The notes beneath the pieces are model-generated. The model saw only the letters and a program-made list of their open reading frames with translations. It was not told the DNA's origin and searched no databases. From a virus (Duplodnaviria; Caudoviricetes): 64,000 nucleotides of DNA. This document shows, in pieces, positions 58,446 to 64,000 of this stretch (the first letter of the stretch is position 1; the number at the start of each line of letters is the position of its first letter). Position numbers and translations under genes: made by a program. Where the stretch lies: the IMG/VR virus record IMGVR_UViG_3300006149_000006, positions 31,584 to 95,583 of that record, one strand, 5' to 3'.

Positions 58446-59558
58446 ATGACTTTTAACTTTGCTTCCAAGCCCATATTCAACCGCATACCCATATCTCTCA
58501 TGCAAAATGTCTTGATAATTTTTATCCTTCACTGATGGCAATGACTTAAATATATCCTCCGCATCATATAGCAAGGTAATATCAGACAGCTGTTTGAATT
58601 GACCAATGTAATCTACTTTAAGATTCTGTTTCCTTGCCGCTCTCTTTTCTGCATTGCCATCCATAATCGCCTTTAAGATCATACCGACTTCCTGCTGGCG
58701 CTGGTCAATAGTCTTATCCCGGAAGCTCCGAAATATATTTTTACAGCATTCAGCGTCCTTCACAGAAATTTCAAATGCCTTGCACATGAATAATAATCCT
58801 TCACTCCGAAGCAACCTCGAAATTTCTGTTTTGTATCGAAGCCCTTTTTTCCCGTACCATTTCTCCTGGTTAGATATAATATGCAATTCTTCACTTACTT
58901 TTCCGCTCATTTCAAAATAATCTCTGATTTCCTGTTCGGTTGCCTTTCTGATTTCCGCTGGCTCAACAATGATATGCCAATTATCAATTACAGCATTTTT
59001 AGGCATAACACCAATCATGCGTGTTTCGCTATAATCTATTGCCCCAGTGCTTTCCAGATACTTCAAACATCTACTGAGATATTCAGCTACACAATTATCC
59101 AGCTTGCTGAAATACTCTAAAATGATGTTCTTATCCAGTCCCAATGACAATTTAACATCTTCCTGATTATATTTCATGACATTATAATTGTGATTTACCA
59201 CCTTGATTGACCTTGCGAGATCAGCAGATGTTCCAGTAAACTTCTGGCCATCGGCTTCGTAGTAAACATGAAACAGAATTAGCGGCGCTAAATATTCATA
59301 GATACCTTTATGCATCTTGTCTGTATATGGCGACTGCGGAATGTCATAAGTATTTGTGATGATATATCTCTTCTTGTCTGGGTCATATTCAAACTCGCAA
59401 TATCTACTGAGCACCTTCAAAAATTCACTTCGATTTTTCCCGCCAGCAAACTTGTTATTCTTGTGATAAGACAGCTTTTGTCTTTCAGAACAGATCTTGT
59501 CAACCAATGTACTTTCCAAGTATGACCCTTTCTTCAAATCAATATCCATTACACTCAA
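58437..59558 (-). CDS. Hypothetical phage protein (possible DNA-binding/replication protein)
   Basis: 373 aa; starts inside repeat P and ends inside repeat T. Confidence 0.7.
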   Translation of the reverse strand: MSVMDIDLKKGSYLESTLVDKICSERQKLSYHKNNKFAGGKNRSEFLKVLSRYCEFEYDPDKKRYIITNTYDIPQSPYTDKMHKGIYEYLAPLILFHVYYEADGQKFTGTSADLARSIKVVNHNYNVMKYNQEDVKLSLGLDKNIILEYFSKLDNCVAEYLSRCLKYLESTGAIDYSETRMIGVMPKNAVIDNWHIIVEPAEIRKATEQEIRDYFEMSGKVSEELHIISNQEKWYGKKGLRYKTEISRLLRSEGLLFMCKAFEISVKDAECCKNIFRSFRDKTIDQRQQEVGMILKAIMDGNAEKRAARKQNLKVDYIGQFKQLSDITLLYDAEDIFKSLPSVKDKNYQDILHERYGYAVEYGLGSKVKSHQS

Positions 59559-59650
59559 TTAAAAAACTCCTCTCTTGTTTTCATGGACTATTTTACCATT
59601 ATTCAATACATATATATAATAATGGGGAAAAAGTCCTTTTTACTTTTTCT
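59520..59650. repeat. Repeat P, copy 2
   Basis: See copy 1; one AT unit shorter. Confidence 0.9.
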
Positions 59651-59724
59651 TGTTTAAAAACCAACAGTTTAATTGATATCGGCATTATTACAAAATAAAA
59701 TTTGATTTTAAACGCCATTGTTTA

Positions 59725-59844
59725 TAAAAATTACTTATATTGTTTTGGCATTTGCCAAGACTAGCTTGCTAGTCAATATTTTGCTTTGCACATTTTCCCC
59801 CGCAGGGGGAATAAATTATTTAAGTGGACTATTCATTAGCTTTG
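59725..59844. repeat. Repeat T, copy 2
   Basis: See copy 1; 3 nt longer. Confidence 0.9.
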
Positions 59845-61115
59845 TTAAGAATTATTTTTTCTATATATCCTATTTTCCCATAATTATTTTCAAATCTTTT
59901 TGTTTTTATTATATTTGTTATGTATTTTTCATTTGTTTTAAGAATTTCCGTCATTTTTATAAGTTGATTATTATTATATTGTTTCGCTCTTTTTCTGATT
60001 ATAGCCAACAATCCTTTATCTGTAATTTTTACAAATGACATAGTATAATCATCCAAAATTCTGTTTCGATCTTTTTTATTTAAATATGATTTCTCAGATT
60101 GATAATACTTGTTATCTTCAGCTAAATATAACTTATCTACATTATGGATTTGTTTTGTTATAGAATCTTTTTTTGTTTTTGCAATAAACTTTTCGCCACC
60201 AGCTGTTTTGTTATATCCATATTCTGGTTCATTAGATTTGAAAATACTAATCAAAGATTTTTCAAGTTCCATTGCTTGATCATAAAATAAATTTTTGCAA
60301 ACAATTAAATGTTCAATATTTTCCCACCCATATTTCTGGATATCATCATAAAATTCTTTGTTTTCAGAATATTTATTGCCATTTTCTCCCCATCTTGATT
60401 TGACTGTTTTAGATGTTTGACCAACATAAATTTTTCCATTCGGAACCTTGTGTAAATATACCGTATAATTACCAGTATCTTTTCTAACCGCTTGATAGTT
60501 ATTGTTATTGTAACCATATTCATTTTCGTTTGTTTGATATCTCCTGATTAAATTTTTTCTTAAATTTAACGCTGTCTTTTCATCAAGCTCATCACATATG
60601 ATTACAGTCTTTATTTCATCAAATCCATACGAACATATATCTTCATACAATATTTGATTTTCTATATAATACTCCTCTGATTGTATCATATGTTCATTTC
60701 TTTTCTTAATTAGGCCTATATAGATTTTTTTATTTGGCATCAACAAAGCATATACAATATACGAAGTAACACTCTCTTCCGCATTTGATTTTATTGTATT
60801 TTGTTTTCTGGTTGCTTCTTTTTTGATCCCTGCATCACAAGGGCGATTATATCCATACTCCGGCAAATAAGATTTGTACTTTAAACAGAGTTCTTTCTTT
60901 TTTTCAAGTGCATCAGAACGACTTAGATTAATATATACAATTTCACGTTTTATGTTATTCCAACCAGCAACCTGAATATCAGGATACAGTCTTTTATTAT
61001 CCTCATAAACATCTCCATTATCAGCCCATAGTTCGTCAGGAGACATTGATGTATAACCCACATAAATTTTGTTGTTTGGTAATGTTAGTATGTATACCGA
61101 ACATATTGATTCCAT
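59829..61115 (-). CDS. Protein with three tandem GIY-YIG domains
   Basis: VY...PN.KIY(V/I)G...GYN occurs three times. Confidence 0.85.
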   Translation of the reverse strand: MESICSVYILTLPNNKIYVGYTSMSPDELWADNGDVYEDNKRLYPDIQVAGWNNIKREIVYINLSRSDALEKKKELCLKYKSYLPEYGYNRPCDAGIKKEATRKQNTIKSNAEESVTSYIVYALLMPNKKIYIGLIKKRNEHMIQSEEYYIENQILYEDICSYGFDEIKTVIICDELDEKTALNLRKNLIRRYQTNENEYGYNNNNYQAVRKDTGNYTVYLHKVPNGKIYVGQTSKTVKSRWGENGNKYSENKEFYDDIQKYGWENIEHLIVCKNLFYDQAMELEKSLISIFKSNEPEYGYNKTAGGEKFIAKTKKDSITKQIHNVDKLYLAEDNKYYQSEKSYLNKKDRNRILDDYTMSFVKITDKGLLAIIRKRAKQYNNNQLIKMTEILKTNEKYITNIIKTKRFENNYGKIGYIEKIILNKANE

Positions 61116-61219
61116 AATAATCAGCCTTTCAATAAATTATTAATTGCATTTTTTACAGTACACTACTGGAATGTATGAAGTGATAAGCCCTTGCAAGTTT
61201 AGCAGTTGTTTGCGACTTG

Positions 61220-61963
61220 TTATAGACCGTGGGATTCTATGAACTCATCCATTTCATCTTGGCTTCTTTTTATATAGTGATAAGTGGTTTTTATATCGTT
61301 GTGCTGTAAAAATTGAGAAACCATTACTTCATCTTCTGTTTTATTACTATTATTTATCATGTGATATGGATTTGTCTTACGCAATGAGTGTGTTCCCATA
61401 TGCATATCAATATTCAATGTTTCTGCCGCCCTTTGAAGCATTTTTTTCATCCCTTGTACTGACATCGGCTTGCTCTTATCCTTGCCACTTGGAAATAACC
61501 AGTCAGACATTTTATATTGTTCAAGTGCATTAAAATACAGTATCAATGCATCTATTGCCTTGGAATTCAAAAATACAGTTGACTTTTTCCCTGTCTTCTG
61601 CTCGTGGTCAAATGTGATATGTTTTTTGAAAGAACCGTCAGGATTTAATATGTCGTATACGTGCAATCCCAATATGTCACCGGCTCTTCTGGATACATTA
61701 ATTGATAATACAAAGTAAGCATAATCTCTAATATTATTTTTGCGCCATCCTTTTCGAGTAAGAAAATATTGTTTAAATCTTTCAATGTCTTCAAGTGAAC
61801 GGATTGGATCTGTTGGATTACGGTTGTAATGTGTCTGCTCTGTATAGTCTTGGTCAATTATCGGAGGAGCTACTTTGGGAGATTCTATTTGCTTGGCCTG
61901 CATCAGTTGATCTATCCATGGGGCTATGGTGATGGATATTTTTTCAGTTGTTTTTTCTTTCAT
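61220..61963 (-). CDS. Tyrosine recombinase (catalytic domain only)
   Basis: RRAGD, EQKTGK, HSLRK, LQH, TYHYI; start MKEK after AGGAGG; promoter TTGACT-N17-TATAAT at 62050-62078. Confidence 0.9.
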   Translation of the reverse strand: MKEKTTEKISITIAPWIDQLMQAKQIESPKVAPPIIDQDYTEQTHYNRNPTDPIRSLEDIERFKQYFLTRKGWRKNNIRDYAYFVLSINVSRRAGDILGLHVYDILNPDGSFKKHITFDHEQKTGKKSTVFLNSKAIDALILYFNALEQYKMSDWLFPSGKDKSKPMSVQGMKKMLQRAAETLNIDMHMGTHSLRKTNPYHMINNSNKTEDEVMVSQFLQHNDIKTTYHYIKRSQDEMDEFIESHGL

Positions 61964-62762
61964 CGTGGAGGCCTCCTTGAATAACTTGTTTTTGTATTTA
62001 TATGCCTTCTTATAAAACCCATTCAAATCGGGATTTTCTTTACAATAAAATTATACACCTATATAAGCACAAAGTCAAGTGGTTTTTTTATTTTTTATTG
62101 GACAAATTTTTTGCTTTTTTGTACTCATCGAAATACAGTCCCAAACCGGCTATATAATAAGGTAAGGAAGTTGCCATATATTCTTCCCGGCCAAGCTCGA
62201 CATAACCTGATTGTTGTTCGTTCTGGGGATGTTCTACGATACCGGTTACGATGATTTTTGGGTGGATGTTGGATTGAGGTTGGATGTTGATAGGGTGTAC
62301 TTTATCCATATTTAAAAATAAAAAAACGTTAAAAATGTAAATGTACCCCCTGCACCCATGGCGCGATTATATCCCCCTCCGGGCTGTTTGTACCCATTAC
62401 TACAAAAACAGTACAAACACGGATCACCCCGGCTGTTGAGCTATGCCAGCACCGGCAACGGATGCAATGGGAAAGACAAATATAATGCCGGATTCCATCG
62501 ATGTTTTTCGCCCAGTCAAAACAAATTTGACCACCGACACCATCACCAGCATCCCCACATCCCCCAGCACCCCACAACGCCCTGTGTCGCGTCCTAGTGA
62601 GTTTTACATACAACAGGCCACAACACACCAAAAACCCGCACGCGCCGTCTCAGCGCCCGTATGGGCAATACGTGTATTTCCTGCATTGGCCTATTGGTCA
62701 TGCTTATCAGTTTTACACAAAAACATTCATGATTATTTGTGCAATATTTCATGAAAAAGAAC

Positions 62763-62791
62763 TTGTTTTTGTATTTATAGTGTGGTATGAT
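62763..62791 (+). promoter_or_regulatory. Rightward SigA promoter (extended -10)
   Basis: TTGTTT-N17-TATGAT with TG. Confidence 0.55.
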
Positions 62792-62900
62792 AGATACATC
62801 GAAAGGAACGGAACAAAAACAGAAAGGACACCAAAAACGCACAGCGCGAGCCGCTGGCGGTACGAATTACAGGGATGACCTAATTTGTATAAGTCAAAAT

Positions 62901-62919
62901 GCACCTTGAAAATTAAATA
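62901..62919 (+). promoter_or_regulatory. boxA-like antitermination site
   Basis: GCACCTTGAAAATTAAATA resembles the Firmicutes rrn/phage boxA. Confidence 0.5.
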
Positions 62920-63040
62920 GCGTGCAAGACCTCAAGAGCAAGAGTGGCAACCCGAAAGCTACGCGAATAAGTTCGCATTTGCAAGCCGCCTCTAGCAAGT
63001 AGAAGCTCCCACAGCTCGAACTAATTGCATGCGTGTTATT
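62917..63040 (+). ncRNA. Putative structured early RNA
   Basis: GCGTGCAA/TTGCATGC closing stem enclosing several hairpins; no ORF. Confidence 0.4.
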
Positions 63041-63276
63041 TGTTTTTTATAAGCAAATAACTACAAAAACAAGTTAAATATAATCATTTGCGAATATCCC
63101 GCTATTGTGGGATATATGCAATGGTTGAACCGCCGTATTTTAACAGTTACACCCATTATTATAATAATTATGGCAGTTATTACGGCGACTATAAACCAGC
63201 GGTTTTCTAAAGGGTTTTCCGTAACAAAAAGCCCTATACCATTAGAGGCAAAATAAAAGGCCTGATTTCTCAAGCC

Positions 63277-63471
63277 TTATTTTAATTCTATACCATTTTC
63301 AATGCAATATTTTATTGATTTTACAATCAGTTGCGCCTTGCTGATACCGGTTTTATTGCAAAATGTATCTATCATGTTGTAATCTTCCGGTTTTACGTTT
63401 GCTTTTAACTGTTTGTAATTTTCCTGATTGTATTTATTACTTGCTTTTATATGTGCCTTTGATACCGCCAT
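63277..63471 (-). CDS. Ribbon-helix-helix (Arc/CopG-like) regulator
   Basis: MAVSKAHIKASNKYN..NY..L...K.E....I...G.SKAQLI. Confidence 0.7.
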   Translation of the reverse strand: MAVSKAHIKASNKYNQENYKQLKANVKPEDYNMIDTFCNKTGISKAQLIVKSIKYCIENGIELK

Positions 63472-63635
63472 TAAAACGCCCCCTTTGTATATTGTGCACA
63501 TAAAATAACCGTAATCTGTGAATCAGAATCACTTGAATCTATAATTGTTGGTGAATGCCACTATTCCTATTAAATAATGAACACAAAGCAGCCCCAAAAT
63601 AATAATCTTGTTTATTTGCAATTATAGACACAATT

Positions 63636-63845
63636 TTAATCCCCTTTTATTTCTTCTTTTCGCGGTATAATCCCGTACTTTATATCGTACTCAATAACAC
63701 TATTAAAATAATCATTCAACGATTGAAACCCTTTATCAGAAACGAATTTTTTGTATATTTCGTTTTTATCTCTTTCAATGGTTATGGTAGGACGAGCATA
63801 TTTTTGCAAGCTTTTTTTCACTCTATCACTATTTGATGTAGGCAT
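63636..63845 (-). CDS. Ribbon-helix-helix regulator
   Basis: KYARPTITI......YK......GFQSLNDY. Confidence 0.65.
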   Translation of the reverse strand: MPTSNSDRVKKSLQKYARPTITIERDKNEIYKKFVSDKGFQSLNDYFNSVIEYDIKYGIIPRKEEIKGD

Positions 63846-63862
63846 GATTCCCTCCCGTGTTT

Positions 63863-63946
63863 TTAACGTTAAGCAAAACCAACAATCATTTAACGTTAAA
63901 TTTGTGCAAATTGCAAGTTGTATTTAACGTTAAATAATGTTATAAT
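63863..63946. promoter_or_regulatory. Divergent promoter region with three TTAACGTTAA palindromic operators
   Basis: Copies at 63863-63872, 63889-63900 and 63923-63934; the third lies in the spacer of TTGTAT-N17-TATAAT (63918-63946) upstream of ATG 63970. Confidence 0.75.
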
Positions 63947-64000
63947 ATAACCATGCTAAAGGAAAGGAGATGAAAAATACATATGAACCCCACACCCTTT

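Noticed and set aside
58093..59844. CRISPR array
   Set aside because: Only two copies each of >110-bp repeats separated by a gene; no cas genes
61220..62026. Prophage integrase with adjacent att site/host junction
   Set aside because: Phage-like genes continue on both sides, there is no arm-binding domain, and no att core is identifiable
62088..62878. Several overlapping 70-100 aa ORFs
   Set aside because: Low-complexity skewed region with no convincing RBS or motifs; likely non-coding

Overview
The window is a 64-kb piece of a large low-GC Firmicutes (probably Clostridia) temperate siphovirus or prophage with SPbeta-like organisation. Nearly all genes lie on the minus strand. Read right to left, it starts with small RHH regulators, a probable early non-coding transcript and an orphan tyrosine recombinase. 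Next come two unrelated genes (a triple GIY-YIG protein and a 373-aa protein) bounded by duplicated hairpin-rich elements, then UvrD, a BRO/ANT antirepressor, cysteine desulfurase and a macrodomain. A YonO-like single-subunit RNA polymerase, a second BRO/ANT antirepressor and HU follow. A 5-kb cluster of mostly degenerate tRNAs and tRNA-like RNAs is interleaved with an RNase H-RnlA/RnlB pair and an IS5-disrupted gene. Then come terminase, portal, capsid, neck and tail genes, a 2687-aa tape measure, Dit/Tal and a modular multi-gene tail fibre cluster. The left end holds self-promoted two-gene morons with ADP-ribosyltransferase-like motifs. The best candidates for undescribed biology are: (i) the repeat-bounded gene-cassette array beside the recombinase, (ii) the tRNA-mimic RNAs, including one whose anticodon arm is replaced by a long hairpin, (iii) two ART-like/partner gene pairs, (iv) a daisy-chain tail fibre architecture, and (v) Ntn-hydrolase and peptide/membrane-protein morons. 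All family assignments come from motif recognition by eye, not from database searches.
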